Positions 1 to 8,698 of a DNA stretch of 43,264 nt are shown in pieces (position 1 is the stretch's first letter; each line of letters starts with the position of its first letter). The position numbers were made by a program, and so were the translations under genes. This DNA is from a virus. Where the stretch lies: UHGV virus genome UHGV-0230044; one strand, written 5' to 3'. Under the pieces are notes generated by a model. The model ran no database searches, was not told where the DNA came from, and worked only from the letters and a program-made list of their open reading frames with translations.

Positions 1-3
1 AAC

Positions 4-258
4 TTACCAATCAAATCTTGCCATGTTCATAAACTCAAGTGGCATGGAACCACCAAAGAGATCATTAGCACCGTCGATAATGTCTGGATCTACTCCGTCC
101 GCTTCCAGCTGATCGTCAAACATTGCATCATTGCAGATAGATCCATACTGTGTTCTCGAATGTTTCCTGATATATTTCTTTCCGTTACGTAATTCAAAAA
201 TCTCCGTACAACTGTTTTCTGTAGCCTCGATTGTATATCTCATGTATTCTTCCTCCAA
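4..258 (-). CDS. hypothetical phage early protein
   Basis: Intact 84-aa ORF in the minus-strand early operon. No motif recognised. Confidence 0.4.
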   Translation of the reverse strand: MEEEYMRYTIEATENSCTEIFELRNGKKYIRKHSRTQYGSICNDAMFDDQLEADGVDPDIIDGANDLFGGSMPLEFMNMARFDW

Positions 259-288
259 ATCTTAAATTTACTACAATTCAAATTCCAT

Positions 289-486
289 CTATACGATTGT
301 GACCTGGATGCCTTCGCCGCCCAGTTCCGTAATTCTCTTACCAAGCATGGTTCTGATAACCCATAACTGAGTGACGTGTCCGGCGAAAAATCCATTAGTG
401 TGTGCTGTTTCTTTTTGCATCTCTGTCAACATCTCAATTACTTCTTCTCTGGTGTATGTATCTTTCTTCTGCATCTCTACCTCCAA
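289..486 (-). CDS. hypothetical phage early protein
   Basis: 65-aa ORF, tightly spaced in the early operon. Confidence 0.4.
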   Translation of the reverse strand: MEVEMQKKDTYTREEVIEMLTEMQKETAHTNGFFAGHVTQLWVIRTMLGKRITELGGEGIQVTIV

Positions 487-495
487 CTCTTAATT

Positions 496-786
496 TTAAA
501 TATTCTCATAGGTTTTTTCAAAGATATCCGGCTTACACGAATACAGCTCACCGTTGACGCCCTTAATCACATAATCCCATACTGAAACATGGTGAATGCC
601 TTCCAGAGTCTCTATAAAAAGCTCACACGGCGGAGCGTCACAGCTTTCGGAAGCATAATGCATGACGCCCTTTTCGTAAGCTTCAACCGCCCAGTTCGGT
701 ACATACCAGTTACCATCACAGTCTTTTAAATCTCCATCGTACTGAAACGCTTCAATAACCACGGGTTTCTTTCTATATTTAGCCAT
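496..786 (-). CDS. hypothetical phage early protein
   Basis: 96-aa ORF beginning MAKYRKKPVVIEAFQYDG. This N-terminus is typical of small conserved phage proteins of unknown function. Confidence 0.45.
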   Translation of the reverse strand: MAKYRKKPVVIEAFQYDGDLKDCDGNWYVPNWAVEAYEKGVMHYASESCDAPPCELFIETLEGIHHVSVWDYVIKGVNGELYSCKPDIFEKTYENI

Positions 787-810
787 AATATTTCCTCCAA
801 ATCTTAAAAT

Positions 811-2247
811 TTATGCAAATCTTAACTGCCCATCTATATCTTCTTCCAAGCGGTCCGTCCGGCAATTCGGCAATCGCTTAGCAACACACAGCTCTTTCAG
901 ATTCGCCCTCACCAGTGCCGTAGGTATCGGCGGACAAACTGCATTCCCACATCGTCGCACCTGTTCGGCCCGGGGATATGCCTTTCCTTCGCAGTCTCGG
1001 TCAATTATGTAGTCTTCCGGAAATCCTTGGCACCCATACAACTCCTTCGGCTCCAGCATCCGCAGACCAATATCAACAATCTGGTATTCAGTGCCGTATA
1101 TAGTTACAAGACCGAATCTATCCTGCGCTGTGATCGTATCAAGCGGCTCTTTTATATCCTGTCCGGTGCCTGATCCATAATACTTTGTCAAAAAGGCTCT
1201 TACCTCTCCAAAATGTCCATCTCCAGCAGTGATCGTATGCAAAGGTTCCCGCATATCCTGTCCTGTTCCGCTTTTGTAAAACTTGCTGATAAAGGATGTC
1301 ACAAGACCATAACGATTCGAGCTGTCCACTGTCATGATCGGATCTTCAATGCCCTGCCAGCGGACTTCATCTTTTGTTGTTTCTGAATGGTATTGAATCA
1401 GAATCGGCATTTTTATGTCTTCTGATTCGTCCTCGATGATGAACGGATCTGGATTATCCAGCACGAACTTTTTCACCCCTCTTGCGATTCGATCCATCGT
1501 CTTTCTGGCAAGCGGGCGCACCGCGCGGATCCCATACTTTTTCTTGATTTCTTCCGCTGTGTCAAAAACGCTTGGACACGGCAAGGAAAAATCGAGTTGT
1601 GTATATGCTCCAACATATGGTTTAAGAAGTCTTGCTTTTACCTTTTCGCTGTCTGCCGGCGCATGTGTCGGTTTTGGCCAGACAATCGGCTCACTGTCAC
1701 AGCGAGCAATCAAAAAGAATCGTTTCCGCATGGTCGGTGCACCGTAGTCCGCTGCGATCAGCTCTCGGTACTGAACTTCATAGCCCAAATCCATAAGCTG
1801 CTGCACGAACTTCTCAAATGTCTTGCCCTGTTTGTTTTTGATTGGATGATGCCCGCGGTTTAATGGTCCCCACGTTTTAAACTCTTCTACGTTTTCTAGC
1901 ATAATGACTCTTGGCCGAACCAGCCCGGCCCAGCGACAGGCAACCCACGCAAGGCCGCGAATAAACTTGTCCTTCGGCTTACCACCTTTTGCCTTGCTGA
2001 AATGCTTACAGTCCGGCGAGAACCATGCTAGGCCAACCGGATGCCCTTTGCACGCCTTTACCGGATCCACCTGCCAAACATCCTCGCAGTAATGCTCTGT
2101 ATACGGATGATTTGCTTTATGCATCTTAATTGCTTCTGGATCATGATTGATGGCAATGTCGACACAGCAACCGGTTGCGTCCTCTATGCCAGTGCTAGCC
2201 CCTCCACCGCCTGCAAAATTATCTACTATCAGCTCACCGTTAATCAT
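811..2247 (-). CDS. DNA (cytosine-5)-methyltransferase with duplicated TRD-like repeat
   Basis: Motif I FAGGGGASTG at the N-terminus, a PC-like motif SPDCKHFSKAKGG, and an ENV motif (IMLENVEEF). The C-terminal half carries two tandem copies of SGTGQDxxEPLxTITA. 478 aa. Confidence 0.85.
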   Translation of the reverse strand: MINGELIVDNFAGGGGASTGIEDATGCCVDIAINHDPEAIKMHKANHPYTEHYCEDVWQVDPVKACKGHPVGLAWFSPDCKHFSKAKGGKPKDKFIRGLAWVACRWAGLVRPRVIMLENVEEFKTWGPLNRGHHPIKNKQGKTFEKFVQQLMDLGYEVQYRELIAADYGAPTMRKRFFLIARCDSEPIVWPKPTHAPADSEKVKARLLKPYVGAYTQLDFSLPCPSVFDTAEEIKKKYGIRAVRPLARKTMDRIARGVKKFVLDNPDPFIIEDESEDIKMPILIQYHSETTKDEVRWQGIEDPIMTVDSSNRYGLVTSFISKFYKSGTGQDMREPLHTITAGDGHFGEVRAFLTKYYGSGTGQDIKEPLDTITAQDRFGLVTIYGTEYQIVDIGLRMLEPKELYGCQGFPEDYIIDRDCEGKAYPRAEQVRRCGNAVCPPIPTALVRANLKELCVAKRLPNCRTDRLEEDIDGQLRFA

Positions 2248-2406
2248 GGCATTACCCCCGTAATCTCCTAGCTTTACTCAACTTTCTCACACACTCTCTA
2301 TGCATGTACAATACAGTCCCTCTCTTTCTCCTGATCCACTCTGCATCTCCATTGAGCACCTTCTGGCAGATGCAGCAGACCGGGACGGACGTTTTCTTCG
2401 GATCAT

Positions 2407-2778
2407 TCATCGGGTCTCCTCCGAGATCATTTGTCTAAGTTTCTTTTCAAGCGCCTCATTTTTAGCAATACGGTTTTTCACTGTTTCTGCTGCATCAAGA
2501 CCATGCAGCTTACACATTTCAAGATCTTGATGTTGATGGCGCGTATCATCCTGCACAATGCAGAGTAACAGCACCAATTCTTCCTCTGACATTATCTCTC
2601 TCTTGTCTTTTGCCAGCTGTTTAATTACTGCCAGCATTGAATCATAGCAAAAGCAAATGGCATCCTCTGCTATGCTGTCTCCGCCATAGTTCTCAAGCGT
2701 TGACTCCATATTTTCTCTCAGAGCCTGTTCCAGCTCTGTTTTTTTTAAATACATTTTGTCTCCTTTATCTTTTTCCAT
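2407..2778 (-). CDS. hypothetical protein
   Basis: 123-aa ORF. No motif recognised. Confidence 0.45.
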   Translation of the reverse strand: MEKDKGDKMYLKKTELEQALRENMESTLENYGGDSIAEDAICFCYDSMLAVIKQLAKDKREIMSEEELVLLLCIVQDDTRHQHQDLEMCKLHGLDAAETVKNRIAKNEALEKKLRQMISEETR

Positions 2779-3292
2779 GTTCCCGGATCAACTGCGCTGC
2801 TTTCTTCTGGCCTTTTTCTTCCAGAAAGCTGATAACATAATCAATATCACACAGCTGCCCCCGCTTTTTCTGGTTCAGACCAATAATTTCATCGATACTG
2901 TCCCAGTCAAACTCAATACCATATTTCTGCTTTAAAACTTCCGCATAATCCCTGGCTGTTTCATACTGGCAGCCAAACGGATCTATTGCATCCATCATGT
3001 CACACAGATTGATGAATGCATCCTTCCATCGCAGCAGCCTGTCCTTTCCAAAGTGGAACTCCTGATTTAGCGAAAACATCACCGTTGGGGTGAATGTCGC
3101 CAATATTCGGTTTGCCAAGACCTGGCTTATCTCATTCGCCTTTTTTGCTGATACTTCCAGCGGAATGAAATGGGCATTTCTAACCCTGATCTCCTTCTTT
3201 AATTCTTCTATCCCGCCCATTTCTACTATTTCCAGGGCATATTTGAGGCCATCCATCCTGGCCTGATAGGTTTTATCTCTTTTTATATTCAT
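2765..3292 (-). CDS. hypothetical protein
   Basis: 175-aa ORF with RBS AGGAAGGAAAAC immediately before the ATG at 3292. Confidence 0.5.
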   Translation of the reverse strand: MNIKRDKTYQARMDGLKYALEIVEMGGIEELKKEIRVRNAHFIPLEVSAKKANEISQVLANRILATFTPTVMFSLNQEFHFGKDRLLRWKDAFINLCDMMDAIDPFGCQYETARDYAEVLKQKYGIEFDWDSIDEIIGLNQKKRGQLCDIDYVISFLEEKGQKKAAQLIREHGKR

Positions 3293-3345
3293 TTGTTTTC
3301 CTTCCTGTGTTGTAATACCCCATGTTGTACATGGTCCCTCCTTTC

Positions 3346-3384
3346 GGGCCGGGATTTGGAGGACATTTGATAGGTTCCCGGCCC
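3346..3384 (-). promoter_or_regulatory. GC-rich hairpin (9-bp stem GGGCCGGGA/TCCCGGCCC, 21-nt loop) in a 340-bp gene-poor gap
   Basis: Perfect inverted repeat seen in the sequence. Its function (attenuator, RNA processing site or protein site) is unknown. Confidence 0.35.
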
Positions 3385-3448
3385 ACGGTCAGTGAGTATA
3401 CTTTGTGGGTATAATAGTGACATATTACTGACCACAAGATTATATGTA

Positions 3449-3652
3449 TCAGCCCTTTTCAGGGCGGGATACCGCTTTGCGGACTTTTGTAGTCCTTCTT
3501 TTTGGATCCGGACATAGTTCCGTTCCGTCATATGCTGGCCTTCTGAAGCTTTCGCTCATGGGAGACGGGTATTTTTCCAAATCTGCCAGCTCAGCCATTT
3601 TCTTTTTTCTGCTTTTTTCCTGGTATATAACTTTATCCTTGTGACTTATCAT
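3449..3652 (-). CDS. small hypothetical protein (uncertain)
   Basis: 67-aa basic ORF in the gap. A plus-strand ORF of similar size overlaps it. Weak support. Confidence 0.25.
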   Translation of the reverse strand: MISHKDKVIYQEKSRKKKMAELADLEKYPSPMSESFRRPAYDGTELCPDPKRRTTKVRKAVSRPEKG

Positions 3653-4232
3653 TATCCATCCACTCTTTTACTTTATCTTGCATTATGCTGTCATAATCAG
3701 TGTCTCGCTGATCGTAGTTAAAAAAGGCATTCTGTTTCTTAGTCTGGCTTTTCCCAGACTTTGCTGACTTATCTTGTTCCCTTGCAAACCAGCTGTTCAA
3801 AAACCGTGGTGCACCTTTGCGTGTTTTTCGGCGTGTAGGGTTCGAATCACACCACCCAATAATCTTGTTAAGCTCCTGGTCACACTCAACGCCCGGGTAC
3901 AACTTTTGCATCTTATCAAGTGCAGTTTTTGTTACTTCATATAATGTTCCATCATTAAGCTTAAATGCTCCAACTACAGGCCCGTTTTCTTCTTCCGGAA
4001 TATCTTCCGCCGGTCTCCCACCTTTTGCTCCATTGGCCTTTCGCTTGATATTGGCATCTATTTGAGGCTTAGCCATCTCGTATATGGACATATACAGCTC
4101 TCCATTGTCTTCCGGTTCTTCTCCTTCCAGCCCATAATCAATGATTGCCCATAGAGCTTTAAGCTGTTGGTTTTCTGGCAGCCGCTTGATAGCTTTTGAA
4201 AAACTGCTGTAAAAAATCAAGCTATCTCTCAT
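3633..4232 (-). CDS. phage replisome organizer / replication initiation protein
   Basis: The N-terminus FYSSFSKAIKRLPENQQLKALWAIIDYGLEGEEPE resembles the replisome-organizer N-domain. The C-terminal NPTRRKTRKGAPRFLNSWFAR resembles a conserved phage C-terminus. Confidence 0.55.
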   Translation of the reverse strand: MRDSLIFYSSFSKAIKRLPENQQLKALWAIIDYGLEGEEPEDNGELYMSIYEMAKPQIDANIKRKANGAKGGRPAEDIPEEENGPVVGAFKLNDGTLYEVTKTALDKMQKLYPGVECDQELNKIIGWCDSNPTRRKTRKGAPRFLNSWFAREQDKSAKSGKSQTKKQNAFFNYDQRDTDYDSIMQDKVKEWMDNDKSQG

Positions 4233-4590
4233 TTCGCCCAGCCTCCCACTCCCGGTAAATTTTTATCCAGTCGGAAAGCCGCATGGTCACAAGCCATTCG
4301 CAGCGATCACGCCTGTGGAATACCGCCGGGAGGAGTCCGGGAAACGCATCATTCACTGCCTGTGCTACCGCATCCAGAAGATTGAGTTTCTCAACCCTCT
4401 TGCACTCAACGTGGATGCCTGGAAGCCCGATTACATCAGCATTACCGGCTGCGCCGCAATACTGTTGCCCTCTTCGGGCATCGTATCCGTACTCCCGTAA
4501 CACTCTGGAAAGTTCCCTCTCTCCGCGTTTTCCTTTTTCTCTCTGTATCTTACCCATCACAACAACCTCCAAACAATGATAGCTGCTCAT
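4222..4590 (-). CDS. Holliday junction resolvase (archaeal Hjc-like, PD-(D/E)xK)
   Basis: Pattern GKRGERELSRVLREYGY...GNADVIGL...HVECKRVEK matches the Hjc/VRR-NUC-type resolvase layout (G-x-ERE...D...E-x-K). Confidence 0.55.
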   Translation of the reverse strand: MSSYHCLEVVVMGKIQREKGKRGERELSRVLREYGYDARRGQQYCGAAGNADVIGLPGIHVECKRVEKLNLLDAVAQAVNDAFPGLLPAVFHRRDRCEWLVTMRLSDWIKIYREWEAGRNER

Positions 4591-4924
4591 AGTTTTCTTT
4601 ATCAGGCGGTTTCATTTTCCTAGCGAAACGCTTAGCCCCTCTTTCTGCTGTCTTTATGCTTCTGCATCTTCTATCCTGTGTCTCAATCCATCGGGCCGCT
4701 TCTCTCCGTCCCTGTGCGTCTGTACGTGGGATATAATAGCCCAGTCCGTTGTCTGCTGTGAGAATTGGGCGATCATACCGCAGTATCTCAATCGCTTTCC
4801 GCACCGCCCTGTCTGGCAATCCAGTTACCCGGCATAATTCCCTGCGGCTCGTGGCGTTTTCCTTACCTACACCAATCGCATTATATACAGTTGCTGTTGC
4901 AGCAGATGTTAATCTAAAATCCAT
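4550..4924 (-). CDS. hypothetical protein (possible winged-helix DNA-binding)
   Basis: 124-aa ORF. Contains RRELCRVTGLPDRAVRKAIEIL, which looks HTH-like. Confidence 0.4.
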   Translation of the reverse strand: MDFRLTSAATATVYNAIGVGKENATSRRELCRVTGLPDRAVRKAIEILRYDRPILTADNGLGYYIPRTDAQGRREAARWIETQDRRCRSIKTAERGAKRFARKMKPPDKENYEQLSLFGGCCDG

Positions 4925-4951
4925 AGCTTTTCCTTTCTGCTTGCCTGCATT

Positions 4952-5239
4952 TCATAAATATGATTTTCCAAACTCCCTCCGGAAATCTTCCCGGCTCCCG
5001 TAGTGAGTCTCATAATACTGCTGTGCCTTACATTTTAGGATCTCGTCAAACCTCTGGTCCATGTGGACACTGTACGGCGTCATATTGTGCCAGTCCGGGC
5101 GGAGCGGCACCAGAAACCCATATTTCTCTGACAGCTTCCGGTTTGCCCCGTTAAACACATGATGGATAGCCACGTTACTTGATCCGGTGATGATGCAATG
5201 CTCCAGATCATCTGCTAAAACACTATACAGTCTTTTCAT
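4952..5239 (-). CDS. hypothetical protein with HNH-like motif
   Basis: Contains CIITGSSNVAIHHVFNGANRK...WHN, resembling an HNH-type His-His...Asn...His-Asn arrangement. Confidence 0.4.
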   Translation of the reverse strand: MKRLYSVLADDLEHCIITGSSNVAIHHVFNGANRKLSEKYGFLVPLRPDWHNMTPYSVHMDQRFDEILKCKAQQYYETHYGSREDFRREFGKSYL

Positions 5240-5250
5240 GTTTTAAGCTC

Positions 5251-5841
5251 CTAACTCGTTTTGGTGGTTTCAACAAAACGTTGGTTGTTTTGCTCATAGA
5301 GCTGTTTCATCCGTTCCAACTCCTCTGGTGTGGCTGTCTCTATCCCGATCGCCTTACATTCGCTTATCAGGCCATCCAGAAGGTGTGTCATTTCTGCGCT
5401 GTCGTAATTGCTGGATCCTTTAAGTAGCACATAGGTTCTATAGCTTACGCCATCACTTCCAGCCACGACCTGTGATGTAGGTTTTAAATGAAATGTTTCT
5501 CTTTCAATCACATCATTTTCCGCTTCTTCTGTGTCAGGTATCCGCGCATAGTATCGAGAACCATCGAACAGCTCTACCTGTCCATATCCTCTAAGCATAA
5601 GATTATGCGCTCTTGGCTTTGAGATATGTGCTGCCTCTGCCAGCTTAGACAGCAATACCCAGTAATAAGAATTGCTGTCAAGGCTGCGCTTGTCTCGCCA
5701 CTGCTTTGCAGTCAACCTAAGGGGTTTATCCCGCATGCCATCAATCTGGCCTGATATATCATCTTCAGCTTCGAAAGTTACACGGAGTTTTCCCGTTGCC
5801 CAGTCTCGCGTTACATCAGTTAATGTGCATTTACACTCCAT
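5251..5841 (-). CDS. hypothetical protein (occupies the SSB-like position in the recombination module)
   Basis: 196-aa ORF directly downstream of ERF. No canonical OB-fold SSB motifs recognised. Confidence 0.45.
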   Translation of the reverse strand: MECKCTLTDVTRDWATGKLRVTFEAEDDISGQIDGMRDKPLRLTAKQWRDKRSLDSNSYYWVLLSKLAEAAHISKPRAHNLMLRGYGQVELFDGSRYYARIPDTEEAENDVIERETFHLKPTSQVVAGSDGVSYRTYVLLKGSSNYDSAEMTHLLDGLISECKAIGIETATPEELERMKQLYEQNNQRFVETTKTS

Positions 5842-5849
5842 AAGCTACC

Positions 5850-6479
5850 TCACTTCCGCGTAAGACTCTCATCTGCCTTGTCTGGCTTTTTATTAAGTAT
5901 TTCCATTGCTTTTTTCCAATCCTCAAGTCTAAGATCATGCACGTCAGTCACATTGTATGTCTGCAATATTCCTTTAAGGCCTACCCCAGTTCGTTGAAGC
6001 TCGGCAAATAATTCATTTACGTACCCCGCTTCAAGCACTGGCTTACTCGGCAGCGGTGTTTCTGCATCTGGGTCTTTCATTTCTTCTGTCGGGATGCAAA
6101 AAACCTGGAAGCACGCATATTTAAATGCTATTGACATTGCTTTGTTGGTCGCTTTGTCGCCGCTGTCCATTCCTTCACCGATCACCGTTGCAGAAACGGA
6201 AGATCCATCTTCTGCATAAAAGGTATATTTCACAGTGCAGATGGAGTAGATCAGATTTCCGCCCTTTGCCGTGAGACGTTCTTCACGTCTCTGTTCCAAG
6301 ATCTCCGGCACAACAAATAATCTGTGTTTTATCAGCGCCGGATTGATCGCATTCATGACAGCATCAATACCGCGATACATGAAGCGTTGCTGTTCATTTC
6401 GGCTATTCTTTCCAACCGCTCCGATTTCAGCCATGACGGCATTTATCGTCTCATAAATATTTTTCTTCTTCTCCTCCAT
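5850..6479 (-). CDS. erf: ERF-family single-strand annealing protein
   Basis: The N-terminal region KNIYETINAVMAEIGAVGKN...RGIDAVMNAINPALIKHRLFVVPEI matches the ERF pattern. Sits next to a Gp157 gene. Confidence 0.7.
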   Translation of the reverse strand: MEEKKKNIYETINAVMAEIGAVGKNSRNEQQRFMYRGIDAVMNAINPALIKHRLFVVPEILEQRREERLTAKGGNLIYSICTVKYTFYAEDGSSVSATVIGEGMDSGDKATNKAMSIAFKYACFQVFCIPTEEMKDPDAETPLPSKPVLEAGYVNELFAELQRTGVGLKGILQTYNVTDVHDLRLEDWKKAMEILNKKPDKADESLTRK

Positions 6480-6487
6480 ACTCTCGC

Positions 6488-6979
6488 CTACTTAATCTGG
6501 AGATTCTGCCTTGCAACCAGCCGTGCCCCTTTGACTTCTGTGCCACTTTTCAAGAGCTTCTTAAGTGCTGTCTTATCCACTACCGGATCAGCAATCTTGA
6601 TACAGGATTGCGGCAAGGCGTTGACATCACCAACAAATTCAACAGCTTCTGACTTTCTCCATGATGCTGATACGCGCTCTGTCTGGAACTTCTGCCCATT
6701 CAGCACCCCACTGACATACTTTTTAAGGCTTTCGGCTTTCGCTTCCGCTCTTGCTTGTCGATCTGCAAAGGCCATTTTTTCTTTTTTCAGTGCCTCTGCA
6801 TCCGACTGCAAATTTTTAATCCATAAAAGGATATTTTCTATTTTCTCATTAAGATCGCACTGTAAGCTATCAATGGCCGCATACGCTTCTGTATCAACAA
6901 TCTCTCCTGTCTCTGGATCCAAAGCATTTTCAAATGCATTCATAATGTCCGCGTTGATCTGGTATAAATTCACGTTCAC
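6488..6979 (-). CDS. Siphovirus Gp157-family protein
   Basis: MNVNLYQINADIMNAFENALDPETGEI...coiled coil ALKKEKMAFADRQARAEAKAESLKKYV...FQTERVSASWRKSE. Typical Gp157 layout, found upstream of ERF. Confidence 0.65.
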   Translation of the reverse strand: MNVNLYQINADIMNAFENALDPETGEIVDTEAYAAIDSLQCDLNEKIENILLWIKNLQSDAEALKKEKMAFADRQARAEAKAESLKKYVSGVLNGQKFQTERVSASWRKSEAVEFVGDVNALPQSCIKIADPVVDKTALKKLLKSGTEVKGARLVARQNLQIK

Positions 6980-7059
6980 ATTCCTCCATTACGTTCTGTC
7001 TGTTTTTTCTTTGTTTTGCCCTCTCTCTGCATTTACAGCACTCGTCTGCTTCGCAGCTA

Positions 7060-7404
7060 TCACACCGGCTGTTCATTTTCTTCACCCTCAAGCAAAGCAA
7101 TCATCACATCATCATCTACTATAGTCCCCGATTTGGCTTTTAAATATGCCAGCGTTGCACTTACTCGTCCTTTTAATAAGACCAGCTCTGTAAACTCCTC
7201 ATACGGGATTTCAATCTTTTTTTTTTCTCTTCCATCTTGCATTCCTCCTACACACCTGCTAAACTGTAGTTGTAATTTTTTTGTTAAACGGCCGTTCAGC
7301 TCTGTCAAGCTTGCGGCCTTTTTCTTTGGCTTGGCATACCCAGTGTACTTACTGCCTCCGCATAACGCGGCCGCTCTGTTCGTGCCGTTTGCCCTCCTAC
7401 TCAT
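7060..7404 (-). CDS. hypothetical protein
   Basis: Start placed at the internal ATG, which is preceded by the strong RBS AAGGAGGAAATC. The track ORF extends to 7485. Confidence 0.45.
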   Translation of the reverse strand: MSRRANGTNRAAALCGGSKYTGYAKPKKKAASLTELNGRLTKKLQLQFSRCVGGMQDGREKKKIEIPYEEFTELVLLKGRVSATLAYLKAKSGTIVDDDVMIALLEGEENEQPV

Positions 7405-7421
7405 GATTTCCTCCTTTTGGG

Positions 7422-7637
7422 TTAGATTGCATGTACCCGCATAAATACAGCAAACACCGCGATCACAAATCCAAAGGTTGCGCATCCGACAACAAACATT
7501 GTTGTCAACATGTCAACTGTCAGATCAAGCACCTTGAGAAAAAAACTTCTCTCCTGTCTCTTGATCTCTTCTTTTTCACTTCGTACAGCCACATAACTGG
7601 GCATCTTGTACTCACTTACAAACTTAAGCTTTGCCAT
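7422..7637 (-). CDS. small membrane protein
   Basis: 71 aa with a C-terminal hydrophobic helix. Confidence 0.4.
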   Translation of the reverse strand: MAKLKFVSEYKMPSYVAVRSEKEEIKRQERSFFLKVLDLTVDMLTTMFVVGCATFGFVIAVFAVFMRVHAI

Positions 7638-7643
7638 TTTTCT

Positions 7644-7799
7644 TTACCCCCTTATAGCCCACAGCAAATTAGATACTAATAATGCCATTGCTGTGAACAC
7701 CCAAGCTATAAACCATTTTTCAGCATCTTTGTATGCCTGAGCTATAATTTCTTCGATATCCTGCCATTCAAGTGTTTTATCTGCTTTATCTTGTGTCAT
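7644..7799 (-). CDS. small membrane protein
   Basis: Start placed at ATG MTQDK, with RBS AGAGG upstream. C-terminal transmembrane helix. Confidence 0.4.
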   Translation of the reverse strand: MTQDKADKTLEWQDIEEIIAQAYKDAEKWFIAWVFTAMALLVSNLLWAIRG

Positions 7800-7804
7800 G
7801 TTTC

Positions 7805-8101
7805 TCAAATAACCTCTGTTTTTTCGCCGTCCTCTATCCCTGCGGCCTTTAATATGGCCCACAGTTCCCTCAGCCGCATAGAGCCGGGATCCTGCTTTCT
7901 CAGCCGGTACGTTGACAGTTTCATTCCCGCCATCTTAGCCATGCGATTATCGTCATAGCGCTTGCGGGATTTGATTACGTCAAGGAGTATCTGGAGGTTT
8001 TCCCCTTTCTCCTCGGCGTATGTCTTTTTTTTAAGCGCCATACTACCCCCGATCTTGTAAATGCTCTTGTGTTCAAAGCCAGTGTAAAAACCCATAAGCA
8101 T
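7805..8101 (-). CDS. putative HTH DNA-binding protein (antirepressor/regulator-like)
   Basis: Contains KMAGMKLSTYRLRKQDPGSMRLRELWAIL, which looks like an HTH. Confidence 0.4.
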   Translation of the reverse strand: MLMGFYTGFEHKSIYKIGGSMALKKKTYAEEKGENLQILLDVIKSRKRYDDNRMAKMAGMKLSTYRLRKQDPGSMRLRELWAILKAAGIEDGEKTEVI

Positions 8102-8182
8102 CCAATCTAACGCGTAGCACTGCTACCGTGTTGCGCCTACTTACGGGCCGGAGAGGCTCCTGCCAGCTCCGGGCATACAGCT

Positions 8183-8272
8183 ATTTACATTAACATTTTC
8201 ATTTACATTTACCTTTACATTAGGTTTTCCGATTACATAACCTATGGTTTTGCAATTTAAAAACCTATGGTT
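8183..8272 (+). promoter_or_regulatory. divergent control region: 3x ATTTACATT direct repeats and 2x palindrome AACCTATGGTT (8239-8249, 8262-8272)
   Basis: Repeats seen directly in the sequence. The second palindrome overlaps the -35 position of an extended -10 promoter TGaTATAAT at 8287-8295. Confidence 0.45.
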
Positions 8273-8317
8273 ATTTACTCCTTATGTGATATAATTAATA
8301 CAAAGGAGCATTCAAAA

Positions 8318-8698
8318 ATGGATATTTCTAACAACCAAATTAAATTATTAAGACGTTTATATAACACCGATATACCATTGTCCGAATTTTCTGAAGCTGA
8401 CAAAGAAAACATCAGTTATTTAGGAAAATACGGCCTTATAAAATATTGCGCAGAGGATATCGATGTAATACATCCGCCTACAATTGTTTGCATTCAACCG
8501 TCTGGCCAGGCTGAATATGACACTTACATCAGAGACCGTAGACGTTGGTACATCCCTGTCGTGCTGTCATTTGTCGCTATTTTGATCAGTCTGTTTGCCT
8601 TATACAAATCCGGTCAAACAGTCAATGTTTACATTGATAAAAAACAAATGGCCACAGTCGCGGCAGAAAATCCACCTGCAAATGCACACATCAAGTAG
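8318..8698 (+). CDS. moron-like single-pass membrane protein
   Basis: RBS AAAGGAG before the ATG. AT-rich relative to its flanks. An N-terminal cytoplasmic domain of about 85 aa precedes one transmembrane helix (VVLSFVAILISLFALY). Confidence 0.5.
   Translation: MDISNNQIKLLRRLYNTDIPLSEFSEADKENISYLGKYGLIKYCAEDIDVIHPPTIVCIQPSGQAEYDTYIRDRRRWYIPVVLSFVAILISLFALYKSGQTVNVYIDKKQMATVAAENPPANAHIK

Noticed and set aside
6324-7124. 266-aa plus-strand ORF, and similar long plus-strand ORFs (1415-1747, 30973-31686, 35293-35955, 38506-39094)
   Set aside because: They lie entirely antisense to well-supported minus-strand genes (Gp157/ERF, methyltransferase, island gene, portal, ParB-methyltransferase), lack an RBS and are low-complexity. 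I treat them as shadow ORFs.
8183-8221. Possible CRISPR-like array (TTTACATT repeats)
   Set aside because: Only three 8-9 bp repeats with 3-10 bp spacers. This is far too short for CRISPR and matches promoter or operator architecture instead. No CRISPR arrays were seen anywhere in the window.
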